From NCBI RefSeq assembly GCF_013315695.1, contig NZ_CP054354.1: a DNA stretch of 64,000 bases; one strand, given 5' to 3'. Positions 27,451 to 36,842 of this stretch are shown piece after piece; position 1 is the stretch's first letter; every line of letters begins with the position of its first letter. The position numbers were made by a program, and so were the translations under genes. The stretch comes from Escherichia coli (lineage in GTDB: Bacteria > Pseudomonadota > Gammaproteobacteria > Enterobacterales > Enterobacteriaceae). Under the pieces are notes generated by a model. That model was not told where the DNA came from and did not search any database. It saw only the letters and a list, made by a program, of their open reading frames with translations.

Positions 27451-30171
27451 ATGAATGCCATCATTCCGAAAAAAAGACGTGACGGAAAGTCTTCTTTTGA
27501 AGACCTGATTGCGTACACCTCAGTGCGGGATGATGTGCCGGAAGATGAACTCAGGCCTGACACGGAAATGAAAGCTGAGATTCCGCACCGGAACCGCTTC
27601 AGACGTCTTGTTGATTATGCAACACGTCTGCGTAATGAAAAATTTGTTTCCCTGATTGATGTGATGAAAGACGGCAGTCAGTGGGTGAATTTCTATGGTG
27701 TGACCTGCTTTCATAACTGTTTGTCTCTTGAATCTGCGGCTGAAGAAATGCAGAAAGCAGCAGAGCTTGCTCATTTTTCCAAAGATGATACAGACCCTGT
27801 TTTTCACTATATTCTCTCCTGGCCTGCGCACGAAAGTCCGCGTTCTGAGCAGCTTTTTGACTGTGTGCGTCACACCCTGAAATCCCTTGAGCTGTCAAAA
27901 CATCAGTATGTGGCAGCCGTTCATACAGACACGGATAACCTGCATGTACATGTTGCAGTGAATCGTGTCCACCCTGAAACCGGCTATATCAATTGCCTTC
28001 CGTGGAGCCAGGAAAAACTCAGTCGTGCATGCCGTGAACTTGAACTTAAGCACGGATTCGCGCCGGATAATGGTTGCTTTGTACATGCACCGGGCAATCG
28101 TATTGTGCGCAAAACAGCGCTGGTACGTGAGCGCCGTAATGCCTGGCGACGCGGGAAAAAGCAGACGTTCAGGGAATATATTGATCAGATGTCGATTGCC
28201 GGGCTGCGTGAAGAGCCAGCACAGGACTGGTTATCTTTGCATAAACGGCTGGCCAGTGATGGTCTGTATATCACGATGCAGGAAGGGGAACTGGTGGTGA
28301 AGGATGGCTGGGACAAAGCGCGGGAAGGTATTGCACTCAGTTCGTTCGGACCGTCATGGACAGCTGAAAAACTGGGGCGGAAACTGGGGGAATATCAGCC
28401 TGTACCGACAGATATTTTCAGTCAGGTGGGGACACCCGGTCGTTATGATCCGGAAGCCATAAACGTTGATATCCGGCCGGAAAAAGTGGCAGAAACGGAG
28501 AGTCTGAAACAGTACGCCTGCCGTCATTTTGCCGAACGCTTACTGGCAATGGCGCGCAATGGTGAACTGAAAAGCTGCCTGGCTGTACACCGTACTCTGG
28601 CAGAGGCGGGATTATGGATGGGGATTCAACACGGGCATCTGGTACTGCATGATGGATTTGATAAACAACAGACACCAGTACGTGCAGACAGTGTGTGGCC
28701 GTTAATGACGCTGGATTACATGCAGGATCTGGATGGTGGATGGCAGCCTGTACCGAAGGATATTTTTACTCAGGTCGTTCCCGGAGAACGATTCCGGGGA
28801 CACAGTATTGGCTCTCAGCCTGTCAGTGATTACGAATGGTATCGCATGAGGATGGGCACAGGTCCGCAGGGGGCTATAAAGCGTGAACTGTTTTCTGATA
28901 AGGAAAGTCTGTGGGGATACGGCCTTATTCAGTGCAGGAGCCTGATTGAAGAGATGATAGCTGACGGGGATTTCAGCTGGCAGGCATGTCATGAGATGTT
29001 TGCACGTAAAGGGCTTATGCTGCAGAAACAGCATCATGGTCTTGTGATTGTGGATGCGTTTAATCATGAGCTGACACCGGTGAAGGCCAGCAGTATCCAT
29101 CCTGATTTGACGTTATCCCGTGCCGAGCCTCAGGCCGGGCCATTTGAAATTGCGGCTGCAGATATTTTCGAACGGGTGAAGCCTGAATGTCGTTACAATC
29201 CGGAACTTGCTGCCAGTGATGAAGTGGAACCCGGCTTCCGGCGCGATCCTGAGATTCGTCGTGAGCGCCGTGAAGCCCGTGCAGCTGCGCGGGAAGATTT
29301 GCGTGCGCGTTATCTTGCATGGAAGGAGCACTGGCGTAAACCCGACTTACGTTACGGAGAACGGTTACGGGAAATTCATGCTGCCTGCCGTCGGCGCAAG
29401 GCGTATATCCGTGTGCAGTTCCGGGATCCACAATTGCGTAAGCTGCATTACCATATTGCGGAAGTGCAGCGTATGCAGGCGCTGATCAGGCTGAAGGAGA
29501 GTGTGAAGGAAGAGCGGTTGTCACTGATTGCGGAGGGTAAGTGGTATCCTTTGTCCTACCGGCAGTGGGTGGAACAACAGGCGGCTCAGGGAGACAGGGC
29601 TGCAGTATCGCAGTTACGTGGCTGGGATTATCGTGATCGTCGCTCGCGTAATAAGGATAAAAGACGCACAACTAATGTTGATCGTTGTGTCGTACTCTGC
29701 GAACCCGGAGGAACGCCACTTTTTAATAATGTTGCAAAACTTGAAGCTCGTCTTCAGAAAAATGGAAGTGTTCATTTCAGGGATACGCGGACAGGAAAAA
29801 ATGTCTGTACGGATTACGGAGATCGGGTTGTTTTCTACCATCACACGGACCGAAATGAACTGGCAGAGAAGCTTGATTTAATTGCGCCAGTTCTGTTCAG
29901 CCGCAACGGAAAGCTTGGTTTTGAGCCGGAAGGTTCATACCAGCAGTTTAATGATGTGTTTGCAGAAATGGTGGCCTGGCACAATGCAGCGGGAATAACC
30001 GGAAACGGACACTTCACCATTACTCGTCCGGACGTGGATTTGCACCGTCAACGCAGTGAGCAGTATTACCGGGAATATATCAGACAGCAGACCCGTTTAT
30101 CGGAGAGCCATGATGATAATTATACGTTACGGCAGGAGAAAACATGGGAGCCACCATCACCTGGAATGTAA
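27451..30171 (+). CDS. nikB: Relaxase NikB (MOBP family)
   Basis: 906 aa; relaxase histidine motif HVHVAVNRVHP; directly downstream of nikA. Confidence 0.95.
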   Translation: MNAIIPKKRRDGKSSFEDLIAYTSVRDDVPEDELRPDTEMKAEIPHRNRFRRLVDYATRLRNEKFVSLIDVMKDGSQWVNFYGVTCFHNCLSLESAAEEMQKAAELAHFSKDDTDPVFHYILSWPAHESPRSEQLFDCVRHTLKSLELSKHQYVAAVHTDTDNLHVHVAVNRVHPETGYINCLPWSQEKLSRACRELELKHGFAPDNGCFVHAPGNRIVRKTALVRERRNAWRRGKKQTFREYIDQMSIAGLREEPAQDWLSLHKRLASDGLYITMQEGELVVKDGWDKAREGIALSSFGPSWTAEKLGRKLGEYQPVPTDIFSQVGTPGRYDPEAINVDIRPEKVAETESLKQYACRHFAERLLAMARNGELKSCLAVHRTLAEAGLWMGIQHGHLVLHDGFDKQQTPVRADSVWPLMTLDYMQDLDGGWQPVPKDIFTQVVPGERFRGHSIGSQPVSDYEWYRMRMGTGPQGAIKRELFSDKESLWGYGLIQCRSLIEEMIADGDFSWQACHEMFARKGLMLQKQHHGLVIVDAFNHELTPVKASSIHPDLTLSRAEPQAGPFEIAAADIFERVKPECRYNPELAASDEVEPGFRRDPEIRRERREARAAAREDLRARYLAWKEHWRKPDLRYGERLREIHAACRRRKAYIRVQFRDPQLRKLHYHIAEVQRMQALIRLKESVKEERLSLIAEGKWYPLSYRQWVEQQAAQGDRAAVSQLRGWDYRDRRSRNKDKRRTTNVDRCVVLCEPGGTPLFNNVAKLEARLQKNGSVHFRDTRTGKNVCTDYGDRVVFYHHTDRNELAEKLDLIAPVLFSRNGKLGFEPEGSYQQFNDVFAEMVAWHNAAGITGNGHFTITRPDVDLHRQRSEQYYREYIRQQTRLSESHDDNYTLRQEKTWEPPSPGM

Positions 30172-30391
30172 GCCCGGATAAGTGATGGTGCAAAGATTCA
30201 GCCCAAAAACGGCAGGAATCTTCGTCAATAAGGGCGGGAGTAGTCACTGAATTGAGTTTATACCCGGTTAACTCTGAATTAAGGGCCGTGTCTGCGGCCC
30301 TTATCCAGTGCGCCGTAAAACCCCGGACTTAGTGAACAGGGTTTTACAGTCTGATTGACAGATATGGTCACCAGAAAATATTTGTATTCCT

Positions 30392-32692
30392 TCAGTATTT
30401 TTCGTCAGTTGTTGGTTGTGCTCCACATGATTTCTGGGGATGATCATTATTTATTGTCTTCGATTTATTATTTTCAGCGACCGGTAACAGTATCTCCAGG
30501 GGGAGCAGGGTATTCAGAATCGCCTTCACTGAAGGTATATCTTCAGGACCGGAGTGTTCCTCTTCCGGACGATTCAGTGTGATATAACATACCCGGCGTT
30601 CTTCCCTGGTTGTGTTATTGATAGTGTGCACAGCCTTTTTCCACAGTTCGTTTGCCCGGGATTCGATATCTGTATCATATTGCGGAAGCAGATCCAGTGA
30701 TGTCTGCGCTGTTGCCAACCGGCGCTGGAATGTATCAATGATACGGTAAGGCTCTGTACGGTTTTTACGACGTTTACGGGATGGTTTTGCTGTCAGTACA
30801 CCGATGATGCTGCTGACATGCTCCGGTGTGGGGAGCCTGCGCTGCACTGTCCTGGGGACGAGACGGCGGAGACGCTCCAGCCGGGGGGCTTCAACGGAAA
30901 TATAGCGGTTGATGACCACCGGATCACTGTCGCAACTTTTCTCGCTGTCCGGAATATACACAGAGGCTGACGGCACCACATCCCCCTGGAAAACGGTAAA
31001 GAACTCACCGGCATTCAGTCTGATCAAATCCTGCACGTCGATTTTGCTTTCCATCTGGATGGTGATCTGGTTACCGTCCACCCAGGACTCACCCATCACA
31101 CCATCGTGGCGCTGCAGGCTGCCCATTCTGGCCCGTGCCTCTTCACCGGCGGCATTTTTCACCGTTCTTGCCGTTTTGTCGTCACTGACAATGCGTCCGG
31201 CGAATTTGGTGCCGGCGTTCTGCATCAGTGTGGCGGTGTTGGTGGCGGAGGTCTGCCCTTCAATTCGCTCCTGATCCTGCGCCATCATTATCAGGGAAAA
31301 CTCCAGTGAACGTACCTGGGTGGCCTCCACAGCAATGCGGTCTGTGTAGTAGGCACCGACTTCGTCAAGGATACAGATATAGGGGAAGCTGCCTTTGTAT
31401 TTTTTGACTTCCAGGGTCTGTGCATCTGTGCCTTCCAGGCGGTAGCCCAGGTCACGGGCGAGGAGCATGCTCTGCTGGGTGACGAACATACGACCGAGTG
31501 CCGACGTGGTATGGGCCGATGTGTCCAGTGCAGGGATCATCACAATCAGAATGCGGTCGCTGTGAATACTGTCGCGAATATCGATATCGCCGGCATCTGC
31601 CGCAAAGACGTCCCCGAAGGTTTCGGCAAAGGTTGTGAACGTTTCCGAGAACTGACCGGAGAGATAAGCATGCTGTTTACGGGGCTCCTCAGTCCAGGCT
31701 GACGGCGTTCTCACCAGTGACATATCGAATCCCGGGACATCCTGCAGGTAGTTTCGCAGTGGTGCGATAGCTTCTTCCGGCCACTGGTCATCAAGGCCAC
31801 GGCAATAGAGTTTTGCCATCCCTTCCAGCGTCATATGTTCCCGTAACATCTGCAGGGACATGGTTTTACCTTCCCGGACGCACCAGAATTTTGTGCCAAA
31901 GACCAGGGCTTTGTTCATGGCTATCGCCCGTGACTGCCATTCACCGCCCTGAACGTTCTGGGGCAGCATGGACTGCATGGTTTCGGCGGTGAAGGCTTCG
32001 GTGCTGAATGCGAACGGGTTCCAGGTGTTTGACTGTGGGCGGGATTTATCGCCACTCTGAATGACTTCACTGCGGGATTTTCCGCCGTTCATGAAGTTGA
32101 TGACTTCGATATCATCCTCCCTGCCAAAACGTCGGGAGAGATACCAGATTGTCCTCGTGGTATCGTTCTGTGCCTTGCCGTCAACAAAGGTAAAGCCTCT
32201 TCCCCAGCAGAGCGGGTTGAGCAGCCAGGCAAAGGTGGTTTCTGTTTTACCGCCACCGGTGGTGGCAAAAAACATGACATGCCGGGTGAGGTCATCCATG
32301 CTCAGCCAGAGTTCGCGACCGATATCGTTGATACGGCGGTAACCGACATAAAAAATCCCCCGGGCGGGGAATGTTTCATCCGCTTCATACTGAAACAGGG
32401 TGGGCCAGAAGCTGAAGAGGCTTCTCCTGACCTTTCTGTCCTGGGAGGGGTCATCAAGGCTGAGTGTCATGGGCATACGCAGGGGGCATCGCCAGCGTTG
32501 CAGCATGAATATCACGGAGGTGACCAGGGTGAACAGCAGGCAGACAGGAAGGGCCAGTGGCCATATCAGCGCCGTAATGATACTGCCGGCCAGACACAGA
32601 CCAGTGATGTTCAGGTTATGCAGTGCATTCCACAACGGGTTTCCCCAGGCCGTGCGGTGTATGAGGTCAGGATTAACGTGGTGCTGGCTCAT
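30392..32692 (-). CDS. trbC: TrbC, DotL-like type IV coupling protein
   Basis: 766 aa; N-terminal transmembrane segments and Walker A TTGGGKT; GAGGAG RBS. Confidence 0.85.
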   Translation of the reverse strand: MSQHHVNPDLIHRTAWGNPLWNALHNLNITGLCLAGSIITALIWPLALPVCLLFTLVTSVIFMLQRWRCPLRMPMTLSLDDPSQDRKVRRSLFSFWPTLFQYEADETFPARGIFYVGYRRINDIGRELWLSMDDLTRHVMFFATTGGGKTETTFAWLLNPLCWGRGFTFVDGKAQNDTTRTIWYLSRRFGREDDIEVINFMNGGKSRSEVIQSGDKSRPQSNTWNPFAFSTEAFTAETMQSMLPQNVQGGEWQSRAIAMNKALVFGTKFWCVREGKTMSLQMLREHMTLEGMAKLYCRGLDDQWPEEAIAPLRNYLQDVPGFDMSLVRTPSAWTEEPRKQHAYLSGQFSETFTTFAETFGDVFAADAGDIDIRDSIHSDRILIVMIPALDTSAHTTSALGRMFVTQQSMLLARDLGYRLEGTDAQTLEVKKYKGSFPYICILDEVGAYYTDRIAVEATQVRSLEFSLIMMAQDQERIEGQTSATNTATLMQNAGTKFAGRIVSDDKTARTVKNAAGEEARARMGSLQRHDGVMGESWVDGNQITIQMESKIDVQDLIRLNAGEFFTVFQGDVVPSASVYIPDSEKSCDSDPVVINRYISVEAPRLERLRRLVPRTVQRRLPTPEHVSSIIGVLTAKPSRKRRKNRTEPYRIIDTFQRRLATAQTSLDLLPQYDTDIESRANELWKKAVHTINNTTREERRVCYITLNRPEEEHSGPEDIPSVKAILNTLLPLEILLPVAENNKSKTINNDHPQKSCGAQPTTDEKY

Positions 32693-33797
32693 TGTGATAC
32701 TCCTCGCTATCTGTTGCTTTCAGGAAGAGGCGAACGGAAGTGGCGTCTTTCAGGATGCCGGACGGCAGGTGCCAGCCGGTATCTGATAACACCCAGGGGG
32801 TTCCGCCAAAACCGAACTGGCGGAAAGCCTGGTTATTGACATCGATGGCAGCACGTGCGGCGGTCAGACACTGTCCATCCTGTGCGGCCGGTGCATCGCC
32901 GGTGGGGGCCATACCACTGTCAGCGGAATACAGCTGATGCCATCCGGTCGCCCGTTTTTGTGAGTCCGGTTCACACAGCAGCGGAGCAGTCCGCTTTGTA
33001 CTGGACTCCCCGCCAATCACGGAGACCGGATAAATCACCACGCTGAATTCCCGGGCCAGTTGCTTAAGCGCGGGTTCCAGCAGACGGCAGTTGATGCATG
33101 CGGGGTCAAGGAAGGCGTACAGCGTGCGTTCATGACCAGTGGACAGGTTAATGGTGAACATCCCCCGGTCTGCGTTGCGTTTAAGTACTGTGGCCAGATT
33201 ACGGCGGGCCTCAGCGGCCTGAACGTGTTGTTCTTCCGTCACTGCCGTCGGGGCGGGGGCAGAAGAAGGTTCCTGCTGTGTGGGAGCCGGGCGGACCGGG
33301 ATGCTGTTAACATGATGTTCCGTATGTGGGCGTGGTGTCTCTGTGTCGGTTACTGGTTCAGCTCTCCATTCCTGAGATGTAGGGTAAGCCAGCGTGGAAG
33401 GGGACTCTGCCTTCATCCAGTGGTAACCTGCAACTGTCGCCGGCAGAGCAATTCCGGCGATAAAGCCACACATCAGTGTCCGCCAGAAGCCATTTTTCCG
33501 GGAGGGATGTTTTCCTTTTCCGGCATATTCGGCATCCAGGCAGGCATCAATCGCTGAGAGCATTCTGCCGATGTGATGTCCGGGACGTTCTGCATCAACG
33601 GTATCAACAAGCACCGTTTCGGTTATTTCGCGAAAAGGGGAACTGAAGGACAGGTGCATCAGCCTGTTATTACGGTTAATCAGTGCGCCCAGTTCTGTGA
33701 CTGGCAGGATGGCAATCACCTCCCGATTACCGTCAGGGTACAGGGCGGTCAGGGACAGGTGTTTATTATTCAGTGTTGCAGTGTAGTGGATGGTCAT
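32673..33797 (-). CDS. trbB: TrbB, thioredoxin-fold disulfide isomerase-like
   Basis: 374 aa; CxxC motif (DPACINC) in the C-terminal domain; start overlaps trbA stop (ATGA). Confidence 0.75.
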   Translation of the reverse strand: MTIHYTATLNNKHLSLTALYPDGNREVIAILPVTELGALINRNNRLMHLSFSSPFREITETVLVDTVDAERPGHHIGRMLSAIDACLDAEYAGKGKHPSRKNGFWRTLMCGFIAGIALPATVAGYHWMKAESPSTLAYPTSQEWRAEPVTDTETPRPHTEHHVNSIPVRPAPTQQEPSSAPAPTAVTEEQHVQAAEARRNLATVLKRNADRGMFTINLSTGHERTLYAFLDPACINCRLLEPALKQLAREFSVVIYPVSVIGGESSTKRTAPLLCEPDSQKRATGWHQLYSADSGMAPTGDAPAAQDGQCLTAARAAIDVNNQAFRQFGFGGTPWVLSDTGWHLPSGILKDATSVRLFLKATDSEEYHNEPAPR

Positions 33798-35137
33798 TGT
33801 TCTTTTTCCTTGTCGGCGGGATGCTGTTTTTCGGTGGTTTCGGTGGTTTCGGTGGTTTCGGTGGTTTCGGTGGTTTCGGTGGTTTCGGTGGTTTCGGTGG
33901 TTTCGGTGGTTTCGGTGGTTTCACCAGTGTCAGTGTCTTCGTCGTTATCATGGCGGCGGGGTATCACGTCATCCGTGAGTGACCAGCGGGTTCTGATCTG
34001 ACGTTTACGATCGCGATCTGGCTGAGGTTCGTCCCATATCAGGCCCAGCCCCAGCATGTCCCGTCGAAGCCCTTCAATGGCCTCTTCCACACAGGGTTCC
34101 GGGCAGGGGAGGCCGAGACGGCTGGCTTCATTTTCTGCCCGGGCAACGGCCACCACGCCGGCCCCTTCGATGAAGCCTTTTGTGGTGTTTGCCCGGTGAA
34201 GGGCATAGAAGAGCGTCCGGTCAACGCCCTTGAGCCACAGCCAGTTGGGGGGCGTCAGGCGCAAATCATGTGCGTAAAGCCAGACCAGACCGCTGCGAAC
34301 GTAACGGTGCTGCCTGAGCCACTGTTGTGCACCTTCTGTTTTTATGACCCGGATAAAGGCGTTTCTGGCCAGTGAATACACTGGCGTGCTGAAACGCCCC
34401 TGGTCCCGCTTGCTTTTGAGTCTGCAGGAGAGGTTGAGGTTATTCATCAGGGAAACAGCCGCTTTCCGGTCCCCGAGGAAGAACTGCAGGCCAAAGACGG
34501 CAAAGAGCGCTTTTTCATGTGGAGCCATGTCTTTCCAGGTGGTCAGAGGCTGGCCCAGCTGCGCCATAAAGCGCTGGCGCGTGGCCGCAACATCGAGCTG
34601 CATGTTGCGGATAAGGTTGTTCTGCGCCACAAAGACTTCCGGGGTTAGAGCGACACGGCGCTCGGGACGTTTTTGTCCGTGGAAGAGTCTGTTGCTGTCT
34701 CCGTCAGCCAGAACGGGGGCGATCGCCGGTGACAGTGATGAAAACAGATGTGGCAGCGTGTGGATATTCAGTGGTCTGCGGGTGAAGCGGGGCTGGGCCG
34801 GATGCTGAAACCACATCCACAGAAAGCCGATCGTCATGGGAAGCAGAATCAGCCAGAGGATCCCCACGGTCTGTGACATGACATCCAGCCACTGGCTGAA
34901 AGTGATCGTTGCAGCGTTGTTGGCGGTGTTGGCCAGCAGGTTATAACGGGGGGCGGCAAAATGGTGAAAAGGCCCCCAGTCAGTCATCCCCCACATTGTG
35001 TGCAGGATCAGGCAGGTGGCAAAGACGATGTCGGGTAAAAAGAGCCAGATGAGAAGCGCAAAGAGCAGACATATGGTGCCAACGATATACCATATGTTCA
35101 TCGGGTCTTCTGTTGTGGGGGAGTGTTGGTAAGACAC
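33794..35137 (-). CDS. trbA: TrbA (membrane protein) with a C-terminal Thr-Thr-Glu repeat tract
   Basis: 447 aa; GTG start 7 nt after GGAGG; N-terminal transmembrane segments; C-terminus (TTE)x9. Confidence 0.75.
   Translation of the reverse strand: MSYQHSPTTEDPMNIWYIVGTICLLFALLIWLFLPDIVFATCLILHTMWGMTDWGPFHHFAAPRYNLLANTANNAATITFSQWLDVMSQTVGILWLILLPMTIGFLWMWFQHPAQPRFTRRPLNIHTLPHLFSSLSPAIAPVLADGDSNRLFHGQKRPERRVALTPEVFVAQNNLIRNMQLDVAATRQRFMAQLGQPLTTWKDMAPHEKALFAVFGLQFFLGDRKAAVSLMNNLNLSCRLKSKRDQGRFSTPVYSLARNAFIRVIKTEGAQQWLRQHRYVRSGLVWLYAHDLRLTPPNWLWLKGVDRTLFYALHRANTTKGFIEGAGVVAVARAENEASRLGLPCPEPCVEEAIEGLRRDMLGLGLIWDEPQPDRDRKRQIRTRWSLTDDVIPRRHDNDEDTDTGETTETTETTETTETTETTETTETTETTETTEKQHPADKEKEQ
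33832..33921. repeat. Perfect 9-bp tandem repeat (cggtggttt x10) encoding the TrbA TTE tract
   Basis: Ten exact units at 33832-33921. Confidence 0.9.
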
Positions 35138-35281
35138 GAGGATTCCTCCATCGATAAATAGATAAATTTCGGGATGAGGCTGAGTGGAATTAATGCGAAC
35201 AATCGCCGGTAATGACCGGGCAGGGCTGAATTCAGCAGGGCATTTTCACAGGAACAACAGAAGGTGGTGAGAGACAGGCAC

Positions 35282-35312
35282 AAAAAAGCCGACTGGTGAG
35301 GCCGGCTTTTTT
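35282..35312. terminator. Hairpin flanked by A-run and T-run (bidirectional terminator geometry) at the start of type I module 1
   Basis: aaaaaagccgactggtgaggccggctttttt; on the minus strand the hairpin is followed by a T-run. Confidence 0.55.
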
Positions 35313-35375
35313 GCGATCCCAGGGAGAGTGGGTGGCTCTGGCCCGGAGGAAGTCTCTTTTCAACTAACGTTACCA
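35313..35375 (-). ncRNA. Predicted antisense sRNA for module 1 (cis-encoded upstream, minus strand)
   Basis: 35335-35367 repeats 35570-35601 (in the toxin leader) at ~31/33; a minus-strand transcript here would be complementary to the leader and end at the 35282-35312 terminator. Not demonstrated. Confidence 0.3.
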
Positions 35376-35673
35376 GAATATCGTTATATTCACCTGATCG
35401 CAATCTGTTCGTTACAGTCTATTGTTCCGGGAGTAGCGATATCGCCTGAAACAAGTATAATCAGCAAGTTAGCCTTGTCTGGAGACTTACCTTCGCATCA
35501 ATCCATCGGGACTATGGATCTGTGCTATTCAAAGACCTGGGCGGACAAACAGGTGGTGCTGCGTCTGGTGCTCTGGCCGGAGGAAGTCTCTTTTCAGCTA
35601 ACAATGAAAGAGCTGTTGTGACAGGCAATGTAAGAGTAAACAACAGTGATTTCCTCCATTGATGGAGAAACGG

Positions 35674-35769
35674 ATGATTAACCTGTTAATCATCGTTCTC
35701 AGGGCGGTTGTTGCTGTGGCTAACGCAGTGATAGCTCTCCTGGAACTGATCCGGGAACTGGTTGACTGA
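35674..35769 (+). CDS. DinQ/TisB-like type I toxin, copy 1 (31 aa, single transmembrane helix)
   Basis: MINLLIIVLRAVVAVANAVIALLELIRELVD; GGAG RBS 6 nt upstream next to a CCTCC stretch; strong terminator 35791-35816; below the ORF-track size cutoff. Confidence 0.6.
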   Translation: MINLLIIVLRAVVAVANAVIALLELIRELVD

Positions 35770-35790
35770 TAATCCCGGAAACGTACTTAA

Positions 35791-35819
35791 GGGCAGAGGG
35801 TCACCGCCCTCTGCCCTTT
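35791..35819 (+). terminator. Terminator hairpin after toxin copy 1
   Basis: gggcagaggg-tcaccg-ccctctgccc followed by ttt. Confidence 0.55.
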
Positions 35820-36010
35820 AATAATCTACGGACAGATTACTTTCTGTACTTCCAGAGCCTGTTTCTGTGAGTCAAACATGAGCTGGTTTTTACCGACTAC
35901 ACCCAAGTAAATATATTCGATATCTCCCATTTGCCGTATTTTCGTAAAATTCAACAGGAAATATTCAACGGGAGTGAGAGAACTGCTGTCCGGGGAGGAG
36001 GTACAGACGC

Positions 36011-36044
36011 AAAAAAACCGACTGGTGAGGCCGGTTTTTTTGCG
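36011..36044. terminator. Hairpin with flanking A/T runs at the start of type I module 2
   Basis: aaaaaaaccgactggtgaggccggttttttt, paralogue of 35282-35312. Confidence 0.55.
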
Positions 36045-36105
36045 ATTCCGGATCGAAGTTGGTAGCCCTGACCGGAAGATAACTGCCTATAACTGACTAT
36101 GAAAT
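36045..36105 (-). ncRNA. Predicted antisense sRNA for module 2
   Basis: 36071-36101 repeats 36254-36292 (toxin 2 leader) at ~26/30; repeat sequence differs from module 1. Confidence 0.3.
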
Positions 36106-36357
36106 AATACGGCTGAAATAATATTTCTGCAAGCACAGTATAAGTATATACTCGGTGTGTCAGCTTTGAGGCACGTTCTTTCCGGCATATCGTTCACCGG
36201 GATGAACAGGTTGCAAGTCCTGGCCAAAACATCAGGTGGTGCTGGTTTTGGTGCTCTGGCCGGAGAAGAACTGTCTATAACTGACACTATAGAAAACGTG
36301 GCGACAGGCAATGTAAGGGCAAACCACGGTGTTCTTTCTCCATTGATGGAGAAGCGG

Positions 36358-36453
36358 ATGATTAACCTGTTAATCATCGTTCTCAGGGCGGTTGTTGCTG
36401 TGGCTAACGCAGTGATAGCAATCCTGGAACTGATCCGGGAACTGGTTGACTGA
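36358..36453 (+). CDS. DinQ/TisB-like type I toxin, copy 2 (31 aa)
   Basis: MINLLIIVLRAVVAVANAVIAILELIRELVD, one substitution from copy 1; same RBS context and terminator. Confidence 0.6.
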   Translation: MINLLIIVLRAVVAVANAVIAILELIRELVD

Positions 36454-36473
36454 TAATCCCGGAAACGTACTTA

Positions 36474-36503
36474 AGGGCAGAGGGTCACCGCCTTCTGCCC
36501 TTT
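36474..36503 (+). terminator. Terminator hairpin after toxin copy 2
   Basis: gggcagaggg-tcaccg-ccttctgccc then ttt. Confidence 0.55.
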
Positions 36504-36515
36504 AACAAAATATGC

Positions 36516-36692
36516 TCAGGTTAAAAATCGAAAACCTTCCTGCACTTCCTGTGCCTGTTCCCGTGAGTCAAACATGAGCCGGCTTTTACCCGGAACTCCC
36601 CAGGAAATATATTCTACATCCACCCACCATTTTCCGTATTCTTCATACGGTCCGGATATCACTTTAGTGACAAATGCATCAACCAGGTTCAT
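36516..36692 (-). CDS. Hypothetical small protein (58 aa) convergent with toxin copy 2, possibly co-transcribed with nuc
   Basis: AAGGTG RBS then ATG at 36692; MNLVDAFVTKVISGPYEEYGKWWVD...; a frameshifted paralogous stretch lies at ~35830-35950. Confidence 0.35.
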   Translation of the reverse strand: MNLVDAFVTKVISGPYEEYGKWWVDVEYISWGVPGKSRLMFDSREQAQEVQEGFRFLT

Positions 36693-36842
36693 TTTTACAC
36701 CTTTCTGTTATTCTGCTTATTACGACCAGCAGACAGCAAATATTAAAAATAACGCGGCGGTAAAAATGGCAATTTTTTTCCATGCTGTATTTTTGCCATT
36801 TATTTTCTTTGAAATGGTTTTTTTCTTCATATCAGCAAATAA

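Noticed and set aside
33766-33982. ORFs encoding PKPP and FGG repeats
   Set aside because: Alternative-frame readings of the 9-bp tandem repeat inside trbA.
35328-35621. 97-aa plus-strand ORF
   Set aside because: Spans the direct repeats and leader of the type I toxin module and has no RBS; better explained as non-coding leader.
35380-35670. LexA box upstream of the DinQ-like toxins (chromosomal dinQ is SOS-regulated)
   Set aside because: Only CTGT-N5-ACAG (ctgttcgttacag) was found, not the N8 spacing required; no supported SOS box.
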